Made by a program: the position numbers and the translations under genes. Positions 18,597 through 28,600 of a stretch of 34,138 nucleotides of DNA are shown here, piece after piece. Source of the DNA: a virus (lineage: Duplodnaviria; Caudoviricetes). The notes under the pieces are model-generated. The model saw only the letters and a list, made by a program, of their open reading frames with translations, was not told where the DNA came from and did no database searches. The stretch is taken from positions 1 to 34,138 of the IMG/VR virus record IMGVR_UViG_3300005805_000256. One strand, 5' to 3'. Positions within the stretch are counted from its first letter, which is position 1, and each line of letters begins with the position of its first letter.

Positions 18597-18607
18597 TATT
18601 TAGAAAT

Positions 18608-18643
18608 GTAGGGTGGGGGTAACTCCCTCACCCTACTCTTAAT
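18608..18643 (+). terminator. intrinsic terminator-like hairpin after the tail tube gene
   Basis: 12-bp stem GTAGGGTGGGGG / CCCTCACCCTAC (one G:U pair), loop TAACT, followed by TCTTAAT (weak U tract). Confidence 0.8.
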
Positions 18644-18651
18644 AAAATATC

Positions 18652-19506
18652 ATGGTAGTAGACGAAAGCGAAAGATATTTAAGTAGAAAGACTTTTCCTG
18701 ATACTCAGACCTTTAGTGGATCTGATATCATGATTATTTTTACAGTGCCCTACTCTTCGCAAACTGCAAATCCAGCAGGGAGTATTTATAAGGTTTCTTC
18801 TGAAATACAGACACTTACAATCAGCTCAACCACATCTGTTTTGCCAGTTAGAAGATGCGGGGAAGTTAGAGCAAAATATTACACAAGAGGCGCTAGATCT
18901 TTTGCAGGATCTATGGTGTTTACTATAACAAATCATGATCCGTTTAAGGAAATTTTTTCTGTAGACTTAAGTAAGTCAAACGACCAAAGTTTTCATGCGG
19001 ACCAATTGCCGAATTTTGATATAATTATATTGGCAAACAATGAGCTTGGTGGCATTGGAGCTCAAATTATACAAAATGTAAGCATAGTAAATTGGGGTAC
19101 CACGTATTCTGTTGATGATATGTATACAGAATATACATACAGCTACGTTGCTGAACATGTTACTCCATTTTTAGCAACTCAAGAAGATCTTCAACAAAAA
19201 GACAACGACTATAAAACTTTAGCAAGAGGCAATAGGCCTGGAAATTTTACCCCAGATGATCTATTTGACAGAATTGGCGAGACTCCTAGGTTGCAATTAC
19301 CAAAATCTGTTTCGATAAGAAGTTTAGACGAAATACGGGGATCTATACTTAATAAGACATCAGGTATTAATGCTGCATATAACTTAACTTTTGGTAACAA
19401 TCCCGGTCTTTACGTATACTATACAGATCCAGGAATGCCATCTGTGGCACAAGATTTAACAACTGTGACACAAGATTTAATAACGTATTTGACTCCTTTG
19501 CCTTAA
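18652..19506 (+). CDS. tail tube paralog (minor tube/baseplate tube initiator, 284 aa)
   Basis: Colinear similarity to the upstream tube: FSGSDI vs FSGIDM, RGARSFAGSMVF vs RGKRGIAGSVIF, DQLPNFDI vs DQVLPFEI, NELG vs NEYG, SVDD in both. Confidence 0.85.
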   Translation: MVVDESERYLSRKTFPDTQTFSGSDIMIIFTVPYSSQTANPAGSIYKVSSEIQTLTISSTTSVLPVRRCGEVRAKYYTRGARSFAGSMVFTITNHDPFKEIFSVDLSKSNDQSFHADQLPNFDIIILANNELGGIGAQIIQNVSIVNWGTTYSVDDMYTEYTYSYVAEHVTPFLATQEDLQQKDNDYKTLARGNRPGNFTPDDLFDRIGETPRLQLPKSVSIRSLDEIRGSILNKTSGINAAYNLTFGNNPGLYVYYTDPGMPSVAQDLTTVTQDLITYLTPLP

Positions 19507-19508
19507 AA

Positions 19509-20282
19509 ATGACTATAAATACATCAAGATTTTATCCATCTCCTTCAACTGTTACCTATTATATAGGATCATTATGGATAGATGACATATTTAGGGTTGA
19601 CTTTCAGAGAAAAGTCAACTACCAGCCAATTTGGGGTTATGACAGTAGGAAATATGATTTTGTTGCGAAAGGAAAAGAGATTGTTACAGGCAATATAATA
19701 ATAAATTATAGATACCCTGGCTATCTAAGAGCTGCAATTTTAAATGCCGATTCCAACAGCAAATATACTACAGCACAAGTAGAACAAAAAATTAGAGGTG
19801 CCGATCCTTTGTACGATACTGACGCATTTTTAAAATCTATCGATAAAATAGACTTTGAGAATAAAGCAAAAAATATTGCTAATCAGATAATAAAAAGTTC
19901 AAAACAAAAGTCAATGCCGTTACAAGTTAACCTTGGAACAAATTATTCAAGTCTTAGTATGACAAGTCCTGTAAAGCTAATAGATCAACTAAAAAAAGGA
20001 CTTCGTCAAGCAAATGGATCCTTTGAGCAAGCTGATTTTGGAGGTGACTTAGGTTCTATCTTAGACGAAGATAACTGTAGTCCGTTTGATTTAAAAATGA
20101 GATATGGATTCCAAGAGAGGGATGGTGGTTATACGCGAACAATAAAAGATTGCGTTATATTTGGTGAGGCTGAGACAGTTAGCGCATCAGCCGGAATATC
20201 TGATGATATGTCGTCAAGTGCTCAACCAATACTTGAGATATATTCATTTTTTGCTAGAGACATAGAAGTAACACAAGGATAA
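19509..20282 (+). CDS. distant tail tube paralog (257 aa)
   Basis: QPIWGYDSRKYDFVAKGKEIVTGNIII and PFDL...IKDC...YSFFARDI match the tube pattern weakly; position fits. Confidence 0.7.
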   Translation: MTINTSRFYPSPSTVTYYIGSLWIDDIFRVDFQRKVNYQPIWGYDSRKYDFVAKGKEIVTGNIIINYRYPGYLRAAILNADSNSKYTTAQVEQKIRGADPLYDTDAFLKSIDKIDFENKAKNIANQIIKSSKQKSMPLQVNLGTNYSSLSMTSPVKLIDQLKKGLRQANGSFEQADFGGDLGSILDEDNCSPFDLKMRYGFQERDGGYTRTIKDCVIFGEAETVSASAGISDDMSSSAQPILEIYSFFARDIEVTQG

Positions 20283-20294
20283 AAATATAAAAAT

Positions 20295-20651
20295 ATGAGT
20301 ATTGAACTTGCTCCAGAGTTAAAAGAAGCCGTAGAAAAAGCTAAATCTGCTGGTTACGAGGTAGAGCTTGCTGAAATTGGTCGTAAGCATTATGCTTACC
20401 GCCCTATTACACGGCTTGAATGGAAAGCTTTGCTAAAGAAAAGAAATGAAAATCTTTCTAAAGCAGGGGAAAATGAAGTTCTAAAAGCAGAAATAATGGA
20501 AGAAGAATTTGAATACCTCCTTTCTGTATGCCTAGTCTATAGCCCTGTGGATGTTGCAAAGCTTCCAGCAGGTGCTGTACAGACATTAGCAGATGCTATT
20601 TTAGCAATGTCAGGCTTTGGAGGTCTTGATTCTGAACCAGTAAGACTATGA
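20295..20651 (+). CDS. probable tail assembly chaperone 1 (118 aa)
   Basis: Small charged helical protein between tube and tape-measure genes; YRPITRLEW...LADAILAMSGF. Confidence 0.7.
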   Translation: MSIELAPELKEAVEKAKSAGYEVELAEIGRKHYAYRPITRLEWKALLKKRNENLSKAGENEVLKAEIMEEEFEYLLSVCLVYSPVDVAKLPAGAVQTLADAILAMSGFGGLDSEPVRL

Positions 20652-20655
20652 GTAA

Positions 20656-21282
20656 ATGGACTCCCACACAATTGAAGCTTTAATTGAGTTAAAAACCAAG
20701 GGTCATAGATCCATTTATTTCTTAGACGTTAGGGGCCTGGAGATATTATTCAGGCCCTTAACCTTTTCAGAATATGACATTGTAATGGATCTTGAAACTT
20801 ATCTAGATGGTGCGTCTATAAATGATGCAATCTTAAGAATGACAGTGCTTTTTATTAGCACTGGTGAAAATGCATTTGACTGGGTAAGTAATTGCAAAAA
20901 TGCCTTTTACATAGATCATATAGCTCAAAAGATATTAGACATATCCGGGTATCAATCAAAAGAAAAGTTCTTTGAGATCTTAAAAGCAAAAAGAGCAAAA
21001 GCGCAAGAACTTCAATCTTTAATTGAAATATATATATGCACTGCTTTTAAGACGGTATCAACGCAAGACGTAGCAAACATGAACTTAGAGCAACAACTGG
21101 AATATTTTGCTAAGGCTGAAGAAGCTTTAGGAAAGCCAGTAGATTTTAATGCTATATTTAATCCAAAGCCGCAAAAAGGCAAAAAATTAAACTTCCCAAG
21201 GCCACAAGGAATGCAATCTAGTACTGATGACTTGTTAAGCCCTGGGGTAGCAGAAAAGCCAGACTTCAGAAACGATGGATGA
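20656..21282 (+). CDS. probable tail assembly chaperone 2, paralog of the preceding gene (208 aa)
   Basis: FRPLTFSEY...IAQKILDISGY parallels YRPITRLEW...LADAILAMSGF. Overlaps the start of the next gene. Confidence 0.7.
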   Translation: MDSHTIEALIELKTKGHRSIYFLDVRGLEILFRPLTFSEYDIVMDLETYLDGASINDAILRMTVLFISTGENAFDWVSNCKNAFYIDHIAQKILDISGYQSKEKFFEILKAKRAKAQELQSLIEIYICTAFKTVSTQDVANMNLEQQLEYFAKAEEALGKPVDFNAIFNPKPQKGKKLNFPRPQGMQSSTDDLLSPGVAEKPDFRNDG

Positions 21283-24200
21283 AATTCCGCAGATATCAGA
21301 TGATGCTTTAGCAAATCAGGCTAGTCCTAGCCTGTATTATAGAAGCGTTGCTGATGCGGAAGAAAGAGATCGTGATTATTTAGCCAAAGTTGGGGCTGTT
21401 GGAGTAGGGGCTCATTATTTAGGACAAGCCTTTGGGAAAAATATATATGCTTCATTAGCTAATATGGCTGGCCAGATGGTCAGAAACATTGGCAAGCTAG
21501 GACAAAAAAGGCCTGCATTCCCTGCTTTAATTCATGCTGGATTATCTAATTCTGCTCCTTATAGGAATAAGGCATTTGGTGCAACATTAGCTAATGGCAC
21601 TGAGCTTTCTTCTATAGCTTTGTTGCAAGACCTTGCTCATGCTGATTACATATTAACGTCTGAACGTTACAATAGATTTAGAGGCCCTGCAACTTCTCTC
21701 TTTAAGGGCTTTTTTGGCAATATAAATGCAAGTGCTCCTATTGACAATGTGTTCCATCGGGGCTATAGTAGGGTAACAATTGGAGACGTATTAGACAATC
21801 CAAGTTTACTGAAATCGGCAGATTCGTCGTTTGAGCTAACTGTTTTGCAGCGAGGTGTTGATAAAGGCCTCGTCTCAAAAGCAACAATATTAGATAAAAA
21901 TATATATAGGGATACTGCTGGCCAGATAGTAGATTCTAGGATGATGCGCCTAGGATTTGGTCTAGAAAATATGTCAGAAGTGTTTAACCCGTTTGGGTTA
22001 TTCACAAGCCTTAAATCTTTTGTTGCCAATGAAAGATCTATTGGCATAGTTAGATCTCCAACTAAAGGCAAATTAGAATCACTATTTGTTGGTGGTTCTG
22101 TCTATGACTATCAAGCTGGACAGTTAGTTAGAGTAGCTACTGATAAGACACTCACAAATGTAGGTGGCGCTAGATATCTAGCTGCAATGTTAAGAGAGTC
22201 GCCAGAGGATATTGTTAAAACATCAGATGGTGGTTTCTTTGATAACCTGCAAGACATTTTAGGAGTGGGACCAAAGTTCCATGAAAGACGAACTGGTTTT
22301 TTAAGTCTTGCGGGAAACTTAGTTAAAAATGTATACAAAGTATCTACTGGTCAGGCTGTTTTTTATGCAAAAGACTATAAGCCAGCTAGAGCATCTTTAG
22401 TAGGCAATTTAGTTGAGCCATACGTTTTAGAAGGACAGACAACCAAAGGAATAGAATATGCTGCTGGTAAATATACCGGTAAAGGCATAATGTCTATTGA
22501 AGACTTTAGACCCGCAAGAGGCCCATTAAAAGGAGTTCGCGGATTTTATGAACGTCTAAAAGGATATATTGGGTTAAGTGATGATGTTGCAATTGTAGAT
22601 CGTGAAGCTGCAGAAGCAGCTTCTGCTGGCCTAAAAAAACTAGGCAAAGAAGATTTTTTAACAGACTTTGGACGAGGTGGCATTGAATCTTCAGAAGTCG
22701 TAATCGGCAGATCTTCTAGACAGGCTACTGGTGTAAAATTAACTGGCGAATTAGATTACGCTTTAAGGCCATACGACTATGCGGCTGATGCAGATATGGT
22801 TAGCAAAGTACATGACTTTGCTAATTGGATGACTATAAGACTTAATAAGTTAGCATCTGCCAGTTTACTTGGCATTGGTTTTAAGCCAACTAGTAATGTA
22901 ATTGCAAATACTGCTAGACTGGCGGCTATACCAATGATGTATCATTTTGGTAAAGAAGCTGCTATGTATGCCAACTATATGGTTGGCCAAGTTATTGGAC
23001 AGGGTCCTATTGAATATGCAGCAGATGCTTATGCTAACTTAAGGGTTGGTCAGCAAAAAGCAAGAGAGCAACTAGGAATTACCGAATTTGCAAAAGACTT
23101 TGAAAGGACACTACCAGGATTAGATTTAGGGGTAATGGGTTCAATTGGAGCTTTAATAGCTGGCATCAAAGGTGCAGAATTAAACCCAGTTTTAGGCCTT
23201 TTAACTTCTGGTATTATTTATGGTGCTATTGGTGGTCCTGATGTTGGTCAGTCGTCAGCATCCTTAGAAAGAGAATATGCAGGAGAAGAAAAGGTTCCAG
23301 TTAGGAAAAATCGATGGTGGATGTTGGGTTACCAGCCATTTACTGGCGGTCAAATTGATTATTACGATTTCAATTGGTATGTACGATTAAAGAAAAAGCC
23401 ATATGAAACTAATTTATATGGCTCTGAAGAAGAATACTGGAAGTATGGTTCTTCATTGCCTACTCCTTCTAACCTTTTCTATTTAAGAAATATAATAGAT
23501 CCATATAGGCTAGAACGTCAAAATTATTATGACCGTCCATACCCAACAACTGCAAAAATGTTTGAAGAAGTTCCGATTGTTGGCCCTATTTTGGCAGATA
23601 CAATTGGAGAGATAATTAAGCCAACAAAACGGATGCATGAAACCAATCAGGTTTTTATAACAGCATCTTCTAATATAAATCAAAGAGGAGTCCCAACTAA
23701 TGCTGCTAGAGAGCTAGGATTACCAGACTTGCCAGTATCTGTAGTCGATCTTTCTAGGCCAGATGTCATAAAGGATAGGCTTGATAAATACGCTAATGTT
23801 GGCTTAGAGCCAACCGGTATTTGGAAATTTGCATTAGAGCTATTTGGTATAAAGTTTGGTGAAGATTTCAAATTAGCTTCTGCTAATAATATGAACTCAA
23901 TAGCTAGACAGTTTTATGAAGCAAACCTTGGCGGTCTATTAGGTGAAACTGAATTTATAAGAAGATTCTTATTGTCAGATTATGGTCAACCATCTAAAAT
24001 AAATCAACAAATAAACCCAATATCAAATACAATGCCACGTTGGCTTCCCGGAAGTGAAAGCCAATTTAAAAAAGATAGAGATTATTTTATTGATTTTACT
24101 AAAGGCGATCCTTTTACTAAAATCCCTAAAGGAGAGTATAGACTTCCTGGCCGTGGGTATGAGTCAGTAAATAGAATGCATTCCGGAGTTGCTGGTGTGT

Positions 24201-25612
24201 ATTCTGATGTTGATAAATTTTTAATTTTGTCTGATGTGGCACCATTCTCAGAAGCCTATTATAGGTATCAGGGGATGGTAGACAAAATGGATTTGTCTCC
24301 ATATTGGGCTTGGAAAGTTCGTCAAGCAAAAGACTATAGAGAATCTAAACGGTTTAGGTTTAATTTCCAGGAACAGCAGCAAGAGCAAAAGGACCTTGCA
24401 AACTCAAATGAATCGCAGTTTGCAAGAGGTGTAAGGAAAACATGGACTTCATTCTCACAACAGGGTCTTGCAAATATTCCAATAGTTGGAGCCAAGCTGT
24501 TCCCATATCAAAATGCATATGACCAATATCTTGCTGATGTTGTTGAGGGAGATGTTTTTGCAGATTGGTCAAATCCATTCGAGACAATTATACGCCCTGC
24601 TTTTTATACTACAATAGGGGAAGACCCATTACTGGCAGCTAAGCGAGGCTTGTCAATGGGTTCTCTTGTATCAAGCAGGTTTGGCTCATTCTTAAATCCT
24701 TTCCCTGTTTTATCTGCTAATCCAATAGCAACTACATTAGCTGGTGGAGCTATAGGCCTTGCTGGGTCAACAGCTAGGATGGCTTATACTGGTTCTTTTT
24801 CTCATGGATTTGTGCCACCACATGTAGAAAAAGAAAGAGAAGCTGAGCAATATTTTGATTATATAAAGTACGCAAAATATAGAGGCTTACAGGGTTTAGC
24901 GCAAGAGCAAGGAAATGAACAGCTTGCTTCGATATTTGCATCTCAAGCTAGACAGACTAAAGCCTATGGATTAGCCCAATATCAAACTACAGGGCGCACC
25001 ACAGCGTTCCAATCTGCTCTTGGTAGACAAGAGCGTCCATATTTTGATGCGTTCTTAGAGGCTCCTGAGAAGTACAGGAGCAAGATCCTACAGGTTGTAC
25101 CAGAATACATGAAACCTGTTTTAGAAGGAGAGTGGAGCCGTAGACAAGAACAAGTAATGGTACAAAAACGAGAAGGTAAATCTTCTGACGCATATGCAAT
25201 TGCGGATGAAGCTGCACTTCAATATTTTGACAATAAGTCGATTCCTGGGCCAGATTGGCAAGGTTGGAATCCAACTGTTCCAGATGTTGCCATTAAAGTT
25301 AAAGCTATTAGCTCTCATATTAATGGGGTATCTGATACTATGCATCGTTTTGGGATATATCCCGCTCAAGTAAGGGAAGCTAAAATACGCTTTCCAGAGC
25401 TAGAGTCACCAACTACAGCAGTTAGTATGAACATGGAAAATGACATAATATTGAATAACTTTTTCTCAAGTGAACACGGAAATCCGTTCAGTTCAGCTAT
25501 ACATAAAAAAGTTAGTCATGGAGTTGGACCTAGAATAGACTGGTTTAGCATTGACTTACAGGACCAACGCAGAGATAAAGTCTTTGCCTTTTATAATGAT
25601 GCTTATAGATAA
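21275..25612 (+). CDS. tape-measure-like / ejected membrane protein (1445 aa)
   Basis: First giant ORF after the chaperones. Several Gly-rich hydrophobic segments (LGVMGSIGALIAGI, VLGLLTSGIIYGAIGG, IATTLAGGAIGLAG); no Cys. The tape-measure role is inferred from synteny. Confidence 0.7.
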   Translation: MDEIPQISDDALANQASPSLYYRSVADAEERDRDYLAKVGAVGVGAHYLGQAFGKNIYASLANMAGQMVRNIGKLGQKRPAFPALIHAGLSNSAPYRNKAFGATLANGTELSSIALLQDLAHADYILTSERYNRFRGPATSLFKGFFGNINASAPIDNVFHRGYSRVTIGDVLDNPSLLKSADSSFELTVLQRGVDKGLVSKATILDKNIYRDTAGQIVDSRMMRLGFGLENMSEVFNPFGLFTSLKSFVANERSIGIVRSPTKGKLESLFVGGSVYDYQAGQLVRVATDKTLTNVGGARYLAAMLRESPEDIVKTSDGGFFDNLQDILGVGPKFHERRTGFLSLAGNLVKNVYKVSTGQAVFYAKDYKPARASLVGNLVEPYVLEGQTTKGIEYAAGKYTGKGIMSIEDFRPARGPLKGVRGFYERLKGYIGLSDDVAIVDREAAEAASAGLKKLGKEDFLTDFGRGGIESSEVVIGRSSRQATGVKLTGELDYALRPYDYAADADMVSKVHDFANWMTIRLNKLASASLLGIGFKPTSNVIANTARLAAIPMMYHFGKEAAMYANYMVGQVIGQGPIEYAADAYANLRVGQQKAREQLGITEFAKDFERTLPGLDLGVMGSIGALIAGIKGAELNPVLGLLTSGIIYGAIGGPDVGQSSASLEREYAGEEKVPVRKNRWWMLGYQPFTGGQIDYYDFNWYVRLKKKPYETNLYGSEEEYWKYGSSLPTPSNLFYLRNIIDPYRLERQNYYDRPYPTTAKMFEEVPIVGPILADTIGEIIKPTKRMHETNQVFITASSNINQRGVPTNAARELGLPDLPVSVVDLSRPDVIKDRLDKYANVGLEPTGIWKFALELFGIKFGEDFKLASANNMNSIARQFYEANLGGLLGETEFIRRFLLSDYGQPSKINQQINPISNTMPRWLPGSESQFKKDRDYFIDFTKGDPFTKIPKGEYRLPGRGYESVNRMHSGVAGVYSDVDKFLILSDVAPFSEAYYRYQGMVDKMDLSPYWAWKVRQAKDYRESKRFRFNFQEQQQEQKDLANSNESQFARGVRKTWTSFSQQGLANIPIVGAKLFPYQNAYDQYLADVVEGDVFADWSNPFETIIRPAFYTTIGEDPLLAAKRGLSMGSLVSSRFGSFLNPFPVLSANPIATTLAGGAIGLAGSTARMAYTGSFSHGFVPPHVEKEREAEQYFDYIKYAKYRGLQGLAQEQGNEQLASIFASQARQTKAYGLAQYQTTGRTTAFQSALGRQERPYFDAFLEAPEKYRSKILQVVPEYMKPVLEGEWSRRQEQVMVQKREGKSSDAYAIADEAALQYFDNKSIPGPDWQGWNPTVPDVAIKVKAISSHINGVSDTMHRFGIYPAQVREAKIRFPELESPTTAVSMNMENDIILNNFFSSEHGNPFSSAIHKKVSHGVGPRIDWFSIDLQDQRRDKVFAFYNDAYR

Positions 25613-28600
25613 TGGCAAACTTACCACCAAAAATTGATGATATAAGACTAGAAGCCCTTAAGGCTGTATTTGGCGGCAATATGCCACAAGATATGCAGTC
25701 TACGTTAATATTTCATCATTTAAAGACTTTTGGTGGTACTGCAGCTGTGCCAAAATCTAAGGATATTTATGGTGCAGAACAAAGTTTAGAAAGATTATCT
25801 GCTCCGGTATCTAAATATATTTACACACAGAATGTATTTAAAGGCTCTACAGTTTCTAGTACGTCTAAATATGTTGGAGCTGGAAGCTTTGGGGTGATGT
25901 CTGCTGGTCAAAATGTGTTAGCCCAACGTGTTTTTGAAACGGCTTCAGATGAATTTAAGTTGAATCTTTCGTGGTCTAAAAATGCTCGTAGTTTCCTTGC
26001 TAGAAATTATGCTGGCGCAGAAAATGCTGCAGGCTTTTTAGGCGTTTCTACGATTACACAAAGAGCATTCCCAGAGCTTTCACCTTATACTGGTAAGCTT
26101 GAATCTGCATTTGAGCGTGTTCAGCAGCAAATGGCATCTTCTTCTGCTGGTCCAGAAATGGAATTTTTTAGAAAGTCTTTCCAGTCATTTGGTGTTCCAC
26201 TTGAGCAATTAAGTGAATCTCAAAAAATTGAAGGATTTTTTACAGCATCAGTATTAAGAATGCAAGCAGAGAATAGAATGGAAGGTTTGCATTCTTTAAT
26301 GCAACAGGAAGGCATATCTATTCCAGGAGTTCAATATGGCTCTCCTATTTCTTCTATTTCAAGTAAGTATGATCCTTATGGAATTCAAGGAATTAAAAAA
26401 GGCATAAAAAGTCGTGGTGGTATATTTGCCTATAAAGCTGGAGAATTGCCTAGCGAGTTTTATCATAAGTTAAAATACTTTGCTGGCGAAAGATTTGTTG
26501 AAGATATTTTTAAGCCTTTTGTTGAGAACATATACCAACGCGATGAAAGTTTACGCGGTAAACTTCAGTTTGTTCTGTCAGAAGAGGGAGGCCTATATGT
26601 GGGCAAAGGTGCTTTCTCTGAATCTTATGTCCCTTTGGGCTATGAATACCTTGACCAAGGCTCCACCTCTGAGTTTGGACTTGCTAAAGGACAGTATTAT
26701 TCACATGGCAAAATAACAGGGATAAAAAGACAGGTAATAGGACAGCAAACCGTTGCTGGATCACAAGCAATATACAGAGAATTAGAACAGAACCTGCAAG
26801 GTCTTCGAGAGGAAAATATTCCACAAGCCCTTAAAGGTGCATCTCGTTCAGCTAGACGTCAAACTAAAACACTACTTTCTCCAGTTATAAATAGAGGAGA
26901 ACTTAGTTTAGCTAGCAGTATTAATGCGTATATTGCTGTTGATCCAAACGTTAGTAGACCAATATCTGATATCATTAATATTGAGGCTTCTGGTGCAGTA
27001 GCAGGACTAAGAACTACGGCTGAACTTCAGAGCCGCTTGCGTAATGCAGCTGCAGAAGGGCTTAGTAGTATGCCACAAGGGGCATCAGCCTTTTATATGG
27101 TTGCTAGCAAGTCTACTGATATTGCACTAGAAGGGGTACAGAAATATTTTCCTACTAGCTTTGTTCAACAAAAAGAACAAATAAAAGGTCTTCATCATTT
27201 AACAAGGCCTTTGTATATTACCCCAGAAAGAACTTTTGCAATGGCAAAAGCTAAAGAAAAAGCTGGGTATATACGTCAAGCCAGTACTGTTGGCCTTTTA
27301 GAAGGCCAAGCAGAGCAGTTTACTGCAAGATTTGCACAACAGCAAAGCCAGTTAGGAAGCCAGTTAGGTCTTGGGAAAGGCATGGTAACTGGTAGTTATT
27401 CAATGCCTGTTCTTGCTGTAGATACAACAAAACTGTTTAATCTTCCTGCTGGTGCGACACTAAATGCAGAAATCTTTGGTGATCCTACTATTGTGGCTAC
27501 AAGATTTGGGCGTCAAATGCACCAAGGGATAATGAGACCTATGAAAGGTCTTACTGTTCTTGCAAACAGAAATGAGTTTGTAGATATCTTAAACGCAATT
27601 GGAAAAGGAGATTACAAAAAGAGCCCTGCTTTACAGAAAATATTTGAGCAAATAACTGGACAGCAAGAATTTTCGGGTTTAATTCCTCTATCTACAGACA
27701 CAAGAAAGGCCTTAAGAGGATTAACTATTGGAGGCAAAGCATTTGACCTTCCTTCTGGTGCAAGATATATAACTGGGATAAAGTATTCTGATTTTGATCA
27801 GTCGCTGTCTTTTAGTTTTGCAGCTAGAAAGACTCCACAAGTATCACTAATAGCTGGCTCCATGAGAACGACGCTTATCGTTCCTGGAGAAAAGGCTATT
27901 GGTAGCATGTTAAAAGACCCTGATAGTATATACTCAAGATTATTTGGTGGAAGTTCTCAACTAGAAGAAGTAGTAGGTGGCGTTACAAGCTTCAAGACTC
28001 TTGAAGGTATGAATCAAGCTTATAATAGGTATTTTGATTTGCTTGAACTTGCTGGAACAGTACAAGGTGGCCCTGAGGCTTTTGCTGAAAAATTTAATGT
28101 TAGAGCTGCAGCCGACAAAGTTAAACTAAAATATTCAGGCACCGAAGTTCTATATGAAAAAGAACTTCAGTATAGTAAAAACCTAATTGCAGAAGGCCTT
28201 TCGAATGCAACTAAAGAGGAAGCAAACATATTCTTTACTAGACTTGAAGAAACGTTACAGCAAGACTTTGGATTAACACGCGGAGCAGTTGAAGCCGAAG
28301 CTATTCCAAGAATACAATATCTTGCTTCGCGTGGAATAATTGGGAAGCAAGAGGCAGAGAGCATTCTTGCTACTGCAGAAAGTAGCGACTTGCTTAAATC
28401 TGCTAAATTGCCCTTTTTAAGTTTTATGAGAAGAGAGGCTGAAGCTTCTGAATTAACAAAGCAAGGCAGTGGATTAAGAATTCGCTTGTCATATTTGAAA
28501 ACATATCTTATTGGTCAACAAGCTATGACTGGGTTAACCAAAGACCCGAATCCAATTGCACGAAGAATGGTGAAAGAGTTTAGAAGACAAACAGGCATTA

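Noticed and set aside
16383-20282. Sheath plus multiple tube genes resembles an eCIS/tailocin locus
   Set aside because: Terminase, portal, protease and capsid genes are in the same operon, so this is a complete phage virion module.
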